NCBI GenBank assembly: GCA_964534375.1
Contig: CAZHPN010000192.1
Location: 1 to 10,913, forward strand
Source: an uncultured bacterium
GTDB lineage: Bacteria > Lernaellota > Lernaellaia > Lernaellales > Lernaellaceae
Length of the DNA: 10,913 nt
Reading direction: 5' to 3'
Of the stretch, positions 1 to 6,273 are shown piece by piece. Numbering within the stretch: position 1 is the first letter of the stretch; each line of letters opens with the position of its first letter. The position numbers and the translations under genes were made by a program. The notes beneath the pieces are model-generated. The model made no database searches and was not told the DNA's origin. It saw only the letters and a list, made by a program, of their open reading frames with translations.

Positions 1-446
1 ATCGTCTTGTCGATTTCCATGATGTCGAAGCTCATCTGGTCCAGCACGTCGAGCAGGTCGTCTTGAAAATCGCTGTCGGCCTTGTCGATTTCGTCGATGA
101 GCAGCACCGTGCGTTTGGCGCTGGTGAACGCCTGGCCGATCTTGCCCATGCGGATGTACTGGTTGATGTCGGCGACGTTGCGGCCGCTGTCGTGGAAGCG
201 GCTGTCATTGAGCCGCGTGAGCGTATCGTAGAGATACAGGGCGTCGACCGCTTTCATGTTGCTCTTCACGTTGAGTTGAATCAGCGGCATGCCGAGGTTC
301 TCGGCGATCGCGTGCGCGAGCAGCGTCTTGCCAGTGCCCGGCTCGCCCTTGAGCAACAGCGGCAACTCCAGCCGGATCGCGACGTTGACCACCCGCCCGA
401 GTTCTTCATCCAAAATGTACGTCTTCGCGCCGGTGAACTGCGCCAT
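1..446 (-). CDS. MoxR-family AAA+ ATPase, 3' end truncated by the window edge
   Basis: Not in the ORF track; translated by hand from ATG at 444-446: MAQFTGAKTYILDEELGRVVNVAIRLELPLLLKGEPGTGKTLLAHAIAENLGMPLIQLNVKSNMKAVDALYLYDTLTRLNDSRF...VLLIDEIDKADSDFQDDLLDVLDQMSF. It has Walker A (GEPGTGKT), Walker B (LLIDEIDK) and the MoxR-type 'DKAD..F..DLL' segment. SD AAGGAGG at 451-457. Confidence 0.93.
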   Translation of the reverse strand, partial: MAQFTGAKTYILDEELGRVVNVAIRLELPLLLKGEPGTGKTLLAHAIAENLGMPLIQLNVKSNMKAVDALYLYDTLTRLNDSRFHDSGRNVADINQYIRMGKIGQAFTSAKRTVLLIDEIDKADSDFQDDLLDVLDQMSFDIMEIDKT

Positions 447-450
447 AACG

Positions 451-457
451 CCTCCTT
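451..457 (-). promoter_or_regulatory. Shine-Dalgarno site of the MoxR ATPase
   Basis: Plus-strand cctcctt = AAGGAGG on the minus strand, 4 nt upstream of the ATG. Confidence 0.8.
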
Positions 458-533
458 CGATTCAGTTGCCAGATTGCAGAATAATCATTGCGCCGCATCT
501 TTGCCGAAAATGGCGCCGACGCCAAGAGGCATG

Positions 534-664
534 GCGGAATGCGGATTGCGGAATGCCGACCGAATGCGGAATGCGGAATGCGCAATGGGGAATGTTACAC
601 GGGCGAATCTGGTTGGGCTTCGCGCGGCGTCTGACCTTTCCGAGCGGAATGCGGAATGCGGAAT
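534..664 (+). repeat. Heptamer tandem repeat arrays, consensus GCGGAAT (about 11 copies in three runs)
   Basis: Run 534-554: gcggaat gcggatt gcggaat. Run 559-593: accgaat gcggaat gcggaat gcgcaat ggggaat. Run 644-664: gcggaat x3. Confidence 0.95.
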
Positions 665-714
665 GTTCCAGGGGCGAATCTGGTTGGACTTCGCGCGCCG
701 TCTGATCTGTCCGC
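573..714 (+). repeat. 71-bp tandem duplication (2 copies)
   Basis: 573-643 vs 644-714 align without gaps, with 9 mismatches by manual count. Each unit is 3 heptamers + GTTmCAs + GGGCGAATCTGGTTGGrCTTCGCGCGsCGTCTGA...TCCG. Confidence 0.93.
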
Positions 715-741
715 CTGGTCCGACTGGTCCGACCGGTCCCG
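706..741 (+). repeat. 9-mer tandem repeat, consensus CTGGTCCGA (4 degenerate copies)
   Basis: tctgtccgc (706-714), ctggtccga (715-723), ctggtccga (724-732), ccggtcccg (733-741). Confidence 0.85.
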
Positions 742-789
742 CTAGTTCGCATGTTGGAAACGGAAAGTTGCCGCGCCGCGCGGTTCCCT

Positions 790-1122
790 TCAGATCAGCT
801 TTTCCAGAGCCGCGCTCAAGACCGGTAAGTCATGGTGGACGATTTCCCAGACGATCTCGACATCCAGGCCGAAATAATCGTGCGCGATTCGGTTTCGCAA
901 GCCGGCGAGTTGCCGCCAAGGAATTCCCGGATGAAGCGCCGTAAATCCCGCCGGAAATTGCTTCGTCGCTTCGCCAATGATTTCCAAATTGCGGACGACC
1001 GCATCGATCGATTTTTCGTCTTGCAAAAAGGCGGCGCGATCCAACCGGGCCACGTAGCGCTGAATTTTTCCCACAGCGTTTCTAATATCTTCGAGGAGCA
1101 GATCGACGTCGCGTTTAGGCAT
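790..1122 (-). CDS. hepT: HEPN / DUF86 RNase toxin (HepT-like), 110 aa
   Basis: Family signature 'DAVVRNLEIIGEA...IPWRQLAGLRNRIAHDYFGLD.EIVW' with an intact R-x4-H-x-Y motif (RNRIAHDY). Overlaps the upstream MNT gene by 8 nt. Confidence 0.93.
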   Translation of the reverse strand: MPKRDVDLLLEDIRNAVGKIQRYVARLDRAAFLQDEKSIDAVVRNLEIIGEATKQFPAGFTALHPGIPWRQLAGLRNRIAHDYFGLDVEIVWEIVHHDLPVLSAALEKLI

Positions 1123-1420
1123 CGATCAACTCGCCCTCGATCCGGAGCCACAGTGATGGTTTGATTGCGCGCCGCGAGACCAAGTCCACCGGCCGGCCGA
1201 GGGCCCGCTCGATTTCATCGCCCAACTCGACGAAGCGCAGGCCGATCGACGGGTCCACTTCGACCAGCACGTCCACGTCGCTGTCCTCCCTGGCGTCACC
1301 GCGAGCCCAGGAGCCGAAGAGGGCCAGACGCCGGATCGGATAACGCCGACCGAGAATCGCCCGCTGCTCGCGCAATCGCGCGAGAATTTCCTGCCGCGTC
1401 GCCCGGATTTCCGCCGCCAT
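1115..1420 (-). CDS. mntA: Minimal nucleotidyltransferase (MNT) antitoxin (MntA-like), 101 aa
   Basis: Pol-beta-type motif FGSWARGD...DSDVD (GS-x10-DxD) and 'LGRPVDLVS'. Strong SD GAGGAGGTGA at 1424-1433. Directly upstream of the HEPN gene. Confidence 0.93.
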   Translation of the reverse strand: MAAEIRATRQEILARLREQRAILGRRYPIRRLALFGSWARGDAREDSDVDVLVEVDPSIGLRFVELGDEIERALGRPVDLVSRRAIKPSLWLRIEGELIDA

Positions 1421-1441
1421 TATTCACCTCCTCGTGGGTTT

Positions 1442-1470
1442 AGAATACGACCCGCCGCGGTCTCGGTCCA
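1442..1470 (-). promoter_or_regulatory. Putative sigma70-type promoter of the MNT-HEPN operon
   Basis: Minus strand TGGACC (1465-1470), 17-nt spacer, TATTCT (1442-1447). Each hexamer matches consensus at 4/6. Lies just upstream of the SD. Confidence 0.5.
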
Positions 1471-1518
1471 GCCCGCACTTCGCATTCCTCACTCCGCATC
1501 CCGCATTCGCCATTCCCT
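1470..1518 (-). repeat. Degenerate heptamer array, consensus ATTCCGC (reverse complement of GCGGAAT)
   Basis: agcccgc acttcgc attcctc actccgc atcccgc attcgcc attccct in exact 7-nt phase. Confidence 0.85.
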
Positions 1519-1590
1519 TAATTGTGCCTTCGCGCGCGTTGTGGTAAGTGAAAGTGTTCGCCGGTTCGTGCAGGGGGCCATCGAAAACGC

Positions 1591-2976
1591 ATGAAACGAC
1601 TCGTATTCTTTTACCCGCCGCGGACGCCGCGCGACGCCTTCTGGCTGACGGCGACCGCCGGCATTGTCGGCGGTCTGGCCATCATTTGGGCGATTGCGCC
1701 CCTGACCGGATTGAGCCTGAAACTCGGCGGCACGGCGCACGACGGCTTTCTGGAACTGGCGCGGTCGCTTGCGGAAGATCGCGGCTATATCTTCGGTCCC
1801 GGCGAGCCGCACGTTTTGCACCGGCCGCCGCTGTATCCGTTTCTCATCATGCCGCTGACCGTGCTGCCCGCCTGGGCCCTGCGCCCGGCGCTGGTCATCG
1901 TGCAGGGCTTCCTGCTCGGGGCGCTCGGCATGCTGCTCTTTCGCCTGGCGTTGCGTCTCTTCGGCGAACGGGCCGCGCAGGCCTCGCTGGCGCTGCTGCT
2001 GGCTTACCCGTGGACGTACTGGCACGTGAAGAACCCGATGGCGATCGTCTTGCAGGCGGTGCTGTACCTGGCGCTGTGCGAAACCGCGCTCTTTCTTTAT
2101 CTCGACGAGCCGCCCGAACCGCAAGCGTCAGCCCGCCACTGGCCGCGGTTCGACGCCTGCCTCAACCTCGGCCTGCTCGCCGGCGCCGCAATCCTCACCC
2201 ACGGCACGATGCTCATTTCGGCGACGGCGGTCTTGTTTTTGCTCTTCGCGGCCGGCGTCTGGCGCCGTTCGACGCGCCTCGCGGCGACGGCCGCAGCGGC
2301 GCTGGCGATCGCCGTGTTCATGGTCGCGCCGTGGACGATCCGCAATTGGCGCGTGGCGCATCAATTCATCCCGGTGACCAGCAACTCGGGCCTCGCCTAT
2401 TTCGCCGGCAACGCCCACTGGGGCATCGGCGGGCCGCGGGTCAAGCCGTTTGGCGACGACATCGCCGTCGCGCTGCAGCACGCGAACATCGCCGCTGCGC
2501 GCCGGCTCGACATCTCCTTCTTCGGCGCGCTCGACCCGCAGCTTTCGGCGGAACTCGACGCGCGCGCGAAACAGCACATGCGCGCGCACCCGGGTCTGGT
2601 CGCGTGGAAATCCCTGCTCAACTTGATGGAGGATTTTTTCCCGCTGTTCGGCGACGCGATCCTGTCGCCCAAATCGTCGGCGAGCCTCGTGCTGAGCGAA
2701 AACGCGCTGCTCTCGCTGGTCCATCTGGCGTTGCTCGCGTTCGCCGCGCTCGGCCTGCGGCGACTGGCGCCGGTCGCGGGCGTGTCGCGGGCGACGGCGG
2801 CCGTGGCCCTCGCGGCGCCGGTCGTCATCTACGTCGCGCCGTATCTGCCGTTTCTGACCTACGTCGGCCACGCCCAGTACACGTTCGGGACGATGCCGTT
2901 TCTCGACGCGGCGGCGGCCGTCGGGTTTCTGTCGCTGCTGCGGACGTCGCCGGCGCCGGCCGGAGATAACGCATGA
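1591..2976 (+). CDS. GT-C fold membrane glycosyltransferase (ArnT/PMT-like), 461 aa
   Basis: Many hydrophobic helices. Early loop Asp ('HDGFLELARSL') and 'HRPPLYP', plus the family-typical 'APWTIRNW...FIPVTSNSGLAYFAGN'. Strong GC3 bias. Stop overlaps the next start (ATGA at 2973-2976). Confidence 0.8.
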   Translation: MKRLVFFYPPRTPRDAFWLTATAGIVGGLAIIWAIAPLTGLSLKLGGTAHDGFLELARSLAEDRGYIFGPGEPHVLHRPPLYPFLIMPLTVLPAWALRPALVIVQGFLLGALGMLLFRLALRLFGERAAQASLALLLAYPWTYWHVKNPMAIVLQAVLYLALCETALFLYLDEPPEPQASARHWPRFDACLNLGLLAGAAILTHGTMLISATAVLFLLFAAGVWRRSTRLAATAAAALAIAVFMVAPWTIRNWRVAHQFIPVTSNSGLAYFAGNAHWGIGGPRVKPFGDDIAVALQHANIAAARRLDISFFGALDPQLSAELDARAKQHMRAHPGLVAWKSLLNLMEDFFPLFGDAILSPKSSASLVLSENALLSLVHLALLAFAALGLRRLAPVAGVSRATAAVALAAPVVIYVAPYLPFLTYVGHAQYTFGTMPFLDAAAAVGFLSLLRTSPAPAGDNA

Positions 2977-3860
2977 CCGCCGCTGAAAAGCCGCCCGAAC
3001 CGGCGCGGTGCTGGGTTTGCGATTCGCCGCGCCTCGCGCGCTGGCGCGACGCGACGACCGTCGGGCCGCTGACGAGCGCCGATTTTCGCATCACCGACGC
3101 CCACTACGGCCGCACCGCGGCGATCGAGCGCTGCGCCGACTGCGGCTTTCGCCAATGCGCCGAGTTGGCCGACGCGTTGCGCTACTACGAAACGCTCGAC
3201 GACCCGGGCTACGAGGAGAGCGCCGGCGAACGGGCGCGCCAGATGGCCGATCTGCTCGCCTTGCTGCGGCGCTTCAAGCCGGCCGGGCGGCTGCTCGACA
3301 TCGGCGCGGGCAGCGGCATCTTGCTCGCCGAGGCGCAACGGCTCGGCTACGCGGCGGAGGGCGTCGAGCCCTCGCACTGGCTCGCCGAACGCGCCGCGGC
3401 CAAGGGGCTGACGGTGCATTGGGGCACGCTGCCGCACGCCGGGCTGCGGCCGCCGTACGACGCGGCGCTGCTGATCGACGTGATCGAGCACGTCGCCGAT
3501 CCGCTCGGGCTGCTGGCGCAGGCGCGCGACGTGCTGGCGCCGGACGGCGTCGGCCTCGTGGTCACGCCCGACATCGACTCGTTCGCCGCGCGCCGGCTGG
3601 GCGCCCGCTGGTGGCACTGTCGCGTCGCCCACATCGGCTACTTCAATCGCAGCACGCTGCTGCGGGCGCTGGACCGCGCCGGCCTGACGCCGCTGCACGT
3701 GATGCGGCCGCGCTGGCATTTCAGCACGGCCTACCTCGCCCAGCGCCTGCCGGTCTATGTGCCGTTCCTGCGGCGCTGGAACCCGCTCGCCCGCCTGCCC
3801 GAGGTTATTGTGCCGTTGAATTTCTTCGACTCGCTGGGCGTGGTATTCTGTAAGAAGTAG
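2973..3860 (+). CDS. Class I SAM-dependent methyltransferase with N-terminal CxxC...CxxC putative Zn site, 295 aa
   Basis: Motif I 'LLDIGAGSG', plus 'GVEPS', 'DVIEHVADP', 'VVTPD' and 'HIGYFNRSTL'. CWVC and CADC pairs at the N-terminus. ATGA coupling to the GT gene. Confidence 0.9.
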   Translation: MTAAEKPPEPARCWVCDSPRLARWRDATTVGPLTSADFRITDAHYGRTAAIERCADCGFRQCAELADALRYYETLDDPGYEESAGERARQMADLLALLRRFKPAGRLLDIGAGSGILLAEAQRLGYAAEGVEPSHWLAERAAAKGLTVHWGTLPHAGLRPPYDAALLIDVIEHVADPLGLLAQARDVLAPDGVGLVVTPDIDSFAARRLGARWWHCRVAHIGYFNRSTLLRALDRAGLTPLHVMRPRWHFSTAYLAQRLPVYVPFLRRWNPLARLPEVIVPLNFFDSLGVVFCKK

Positions 3861-3874
3861 TCAGAAGTCAGAAG
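3851..3874 (+). repeat. Short heptamer repeat TCAGAAG at the methyltransferase stop
   Basis: taagaag (3851-3857), tag, tcagaag (3861-3867), tcagaag (3868-3874). Confidence 0.55.
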
Positions 3875-3899
3875 CGGGACGAGCAAACGAAGGGAAGCC

Positions 3900-4880
3900 A
3901 TGATTCGGCCATATTTGCAAATTGCGCGGCCCGACCATTGGTTCAAGAACCTGTTCATGCTGCCGGGCCTGGCCGTCGCGTTGCTGCTCAAACCGGAGCG
4001 CCTCGCCGGCGCCTGGCTGCCGTTTCTGCTCGGCGTGGTCGCCGCCTGCCTGACCGCCTCGGCGAACTACGCGATCAACGAATACCTCGACCGCGAATAC
4101 GACAAGCGGCACCCGATCAAGAAAAATCGCCCGAGCGCCGGGGGGCTGATCCGCCGGCGCTGGGTCGTGCTCGAATGGACGCTGCTCGCGGCGGCCAGCC
4201 TGGCGCTCGCCTGGGCGATCGGCTTTTTCTTCTTCGTCGTCACCGTCTGGTTCCTGCTGATGGGCGTGATCTACAACGTCAAACCGCTGCGCACCAAAGA
4301 CGTGCCCTATCTCGATGTGCTGTCGGAATCGATCAACAACCCGATCCGCTTTCTGCTTGGCTGGGCGACGGCAATGCCGGCCTTCGCGCCGCCCCCCGGG
4401 GCGCCGTTGTCGTTCCACTATTTCGACCAGATTCTGGCGACCCAGCTTCCGCCCAGCAGCGTGATGATGTCGTATTGGTTCGGCGGCGCGTTCCTGATGG
4501 CGGTCAAACGCTACGCCGAATTCCGCCAGATCGGCGACCCCGCGGTCGCAGCGTCGTACCGCCGCTCGTTCCAGCATTACACGCCGGAAAAGCTGCTGGT
4601 CTCGTCGTTTTTCTACGCCCTGAACGCGTCGTTTTTCCTGGCGATCTTCCTGATCAAATATCGCATCGAATTCCTGCTGACCTTCCCGCTTTTTTCACTG
4701 CTCTTCGCGTGGTATCTGCACATCGGCTTCAAAGAGAACTCCGCCGCCCAGCACCCCGAAAAGCTCTACCGCGAACGGTCGTTCATGTTCTTCGTCTTGC
4801 TGCTGGTCCTGGTCGTCTTCGCGCTGTTCGTCGTCGACGTCCCGAAGCTGGGCTGGCTGCTGCGGAAGAACTTTTACTAG
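3900..4880 (+). CDS. UbiA-family prenyltransferase, decaprenyl-phosphate phosphoribosyltransferase (DPPR synthase)-like, 326 aa
   Basis: 'RPDHWFKN', first acidic motif 'NYAINEYLDREYDKRHPIKKNRP', 'YN...KDVPYLDV' and 'KRYAE' fit the DPPR-synthase branch of UbiA. Multiple TM helices. Confidence 0.85.
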   Translation: MIRPYLQIARPDHWFKNLFMLPGLAVALLLKPERLAGAWLPFLLGVVAACLTASANYAINEYLDREYDKRHPIKKNRPSAGGLIRRRWVVLEWTLLAAASLALAWAIGFFFFVVTVWFLLMGVIYNVKPLRTKDVPYLDVLSESINNPIRFLLGWATAMPAFAPPPGAPLSFHYFDQILATQLPPSSVMMSYWFGGAFLMAVKRYAEFRQIGDPAVAASYRRSFQHYTPEKLLVSSFFYALNASFFLAIFLIKYRIEFLLTFPLFSLLFAWYLHIGFKENSAAQHPEKLYRERSFMFFVLLLVLVVFALFVVDVPKLGWLLRKNFY

Positions 4881-4883
4881 ACG

Positions 4884-5100
4884 AACCGCGAACAAACCGC
4901 GAAGGAATTACCAGGGAATTGGAATAAACCGCGAACGCAAGCGAATAAGAACGGCAACGGCATGAATGAATTGGTTTTAGTCGCGAACGCCCGTCAATAT
5001 ACCCAATAAGATCTCATTCATGCCTATTCGCGTGCATTCGCGTGCATTCGCGGTCAAAAAAACACAATCATCCGCGGTCAAAAAAACAAAAATCATTCGC
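4884..5100. repeat. Composite intergenic palindromic/repeat element between convergent genes (possible bidirectional terminator)
   Basis: AACCGCGAA x3 (4884, 4895, 4927). Perfect 11-bp inverted repeat GGCATGAATGA (4959-4969) / TCATTCATGCC (5014-5024). Outer inverted repeat 4928-4946 vs 5036-5054 (17/19). 10-mer ATTCGCGTGC tandem at 5026-5054. 24/25-bp direct repeat CATyCGCGGTCAAAAAAAC...AAT at 5045-5068 and 5069-5093. Confidence 0.85.
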
Positions 5101-5106
5101 CGTAGT

Positions 5107-6273
5107 TCACCCGAGTTTGGACAGCGCTCCGCGGATGTTCTTCAGCGCCTTGTCGATGTTGGCGACCGAGTTGGCGTAGGAAAAACGCAGATAGCCTTCG
5201 CCGTAGGCGCCGAAGGCCGTGCCGGAAAGCGCCGCGACGCCGGCCTCGTTCATCAGGAAATTCTCCAGGAACGAACTCGTCTGGCCGAGCTTCTTTACGT
5301 TCGGGAAAACGTAGAACGCCCCCTTCGGCCGCACGCACGAGAAACCGGGCAGATCGTTCAGGCCGTCGACGATGAAATCGCGGCGTTTGCGAAATTCCTC
5401 GACCATCCGCGCCGCCTCGTCCTGCGGGCCGCGCAGGGCTTCGAGGCAGGCGTATTGCACGAAGCTGTTGGTGCAGGAATTCGAGTTGGTCATCAGCCGC
5501 GTCACGTGCGTCGCCAGTTCCTTGGGCATGATGCCGTAGCCGGCGCGCCAGCCGGTCATCGCGTACGTTTTCGAGAAACCGTCGAGGATGATCAGGCGGT
5601 CGGCGACGCCGGGCTCGCGCGCGATGGTCTCGAACTCGCCTTCGTAAAGAATATTGATATAGATTTCGTCGGCGAAGATCCAGATGCCGCGCTCGCGGGC
5701 GATTTTCGCCACCGCGGCCAGGTCGGCCCGCGTCAGCACGCCGCCGGTCGGGTTTTGCGGCGAATTGAGGATAATCATCCGCGTCTTGTCGGTGACCAGG
5801 CGCTGGAGGTGCTCGACGTCGAACGAGAACGCGCGCTCCTCCAGCAGCGGCAGCGCGACCGGCTTGGCGCCGATGAAGCGAATGACGGATTCGTAAATGG
5901 GGAACCCGGGATTGGGATAAATGACTTCGTCGCCTTCGTTGGCGATCGCCAGCAGCGCAAAGAAAATGATCGGCTTGGCGCCCGGCGTGACCACGACCTG
6001 CTCGGGTGCGAACGTCAGGCCGCGGCGCGCGCCGGCGTCGCGGGCGATCGTCTCGCGCAACTCCGGCAGGCCGGCCGACGGACCGTAATGCGTGAAGCCT
6101 TTGTCGAGCCCGTCTTTCGCCGCGGCGACGATATTGGCGGGCGTCGCAAAATCCGGCTCGCCGATTTCCAGGTGCACGATTTCGCGCCCTTTGGCCTCGA
6201 GGGCGCGGGCGCGGGCCAGCACTTCAAACGCGGTTTCGGTGCCCAAGCGGCTGATTCGTTCGGCAATTTGCAC
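5107..6273 (-). CDS. Aspartate-aminotransferase-like enzyme translated from an internal GTG start (388 aa)
   Basis: GGAGGT (6278-6283), 4 nt, then GTG (6271-6273), in frame with the long ORF. The product begins M-QIAERISRLGTETAFEVLARA, the normal N-terminus and length for this family. Confidence 0.75.
   Translation of the reverse strand: MQIAERISRLGTETAFEVLARARALEAKGREIVHLEIGEPDFATPANIVAAAKDGLDKGFTHYGPSAGLPELRETIARDAGARRGLTFAPEQVVVTPGAKPIIFFALLAIANEGDEVIYPNPGFPIYESVIRFIGAKPVALPLLEERAFSFDVEHLQRLVTDKTRMIILNSPQNPTGGVLTRADLAAVAKIARERGIWIFADEIYINILYEGEFETIAREPGVADRLIILDGFSKTYAMTGWRAGYGIMPKELATHVTRLMTNSNSCTNSFVQYACLEALRGPQDEAARMVEEFRKRRDFIVDGLNDLPGFSCVRPKGAFYVFPNVKKLGQTSSFLENFLMNEAGVAALSGTAFGAYGEGYLRFSYANSVANIDKALKNIRGALSKLG

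Noticed and set aside
478..507. Sigma70 promoter for moxR (TATTCT at 478-483 on the minus strand)
   Set aside because: The -35 match is weak (TCGGCA at an 18-nt spacing); not enough to call.
594..705. Integron attC-like cores (GTTGGGC, GTTGGAC match GTTRRRY) next to a TA pair
   Set aside because: No complementary RYYYAAC...GTTRRRY pair with L boxes forming an attC stem on either strand, and no integrase seen.
534..741. Possible CRISPR array
   Set aside because: The units are short tandem repeats and a whole-unit duplication with no unique spacers. No cas genes are in the window.
63..944. 293-aa plus-strand ORF and the overlapping ORFs 289-705 and 462-752
   Set aside because: Antisense shadow of the MoxR and HEPN genes plus translated heptamer repeats (MRNAECG...). 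No protein-like features.
4962..5021. Two antiparallel mini-ORFs, MNELVLVANARQYTQ (+, 4962-5009) and MNEILLGILTGVRD (-, 4977-5021)
   Set aside because: Their shared MNE start is a by-product of the 11-bp inverted repeat, and neither has a convincing SD. They could be a gene remnant, but this cannot be supported.
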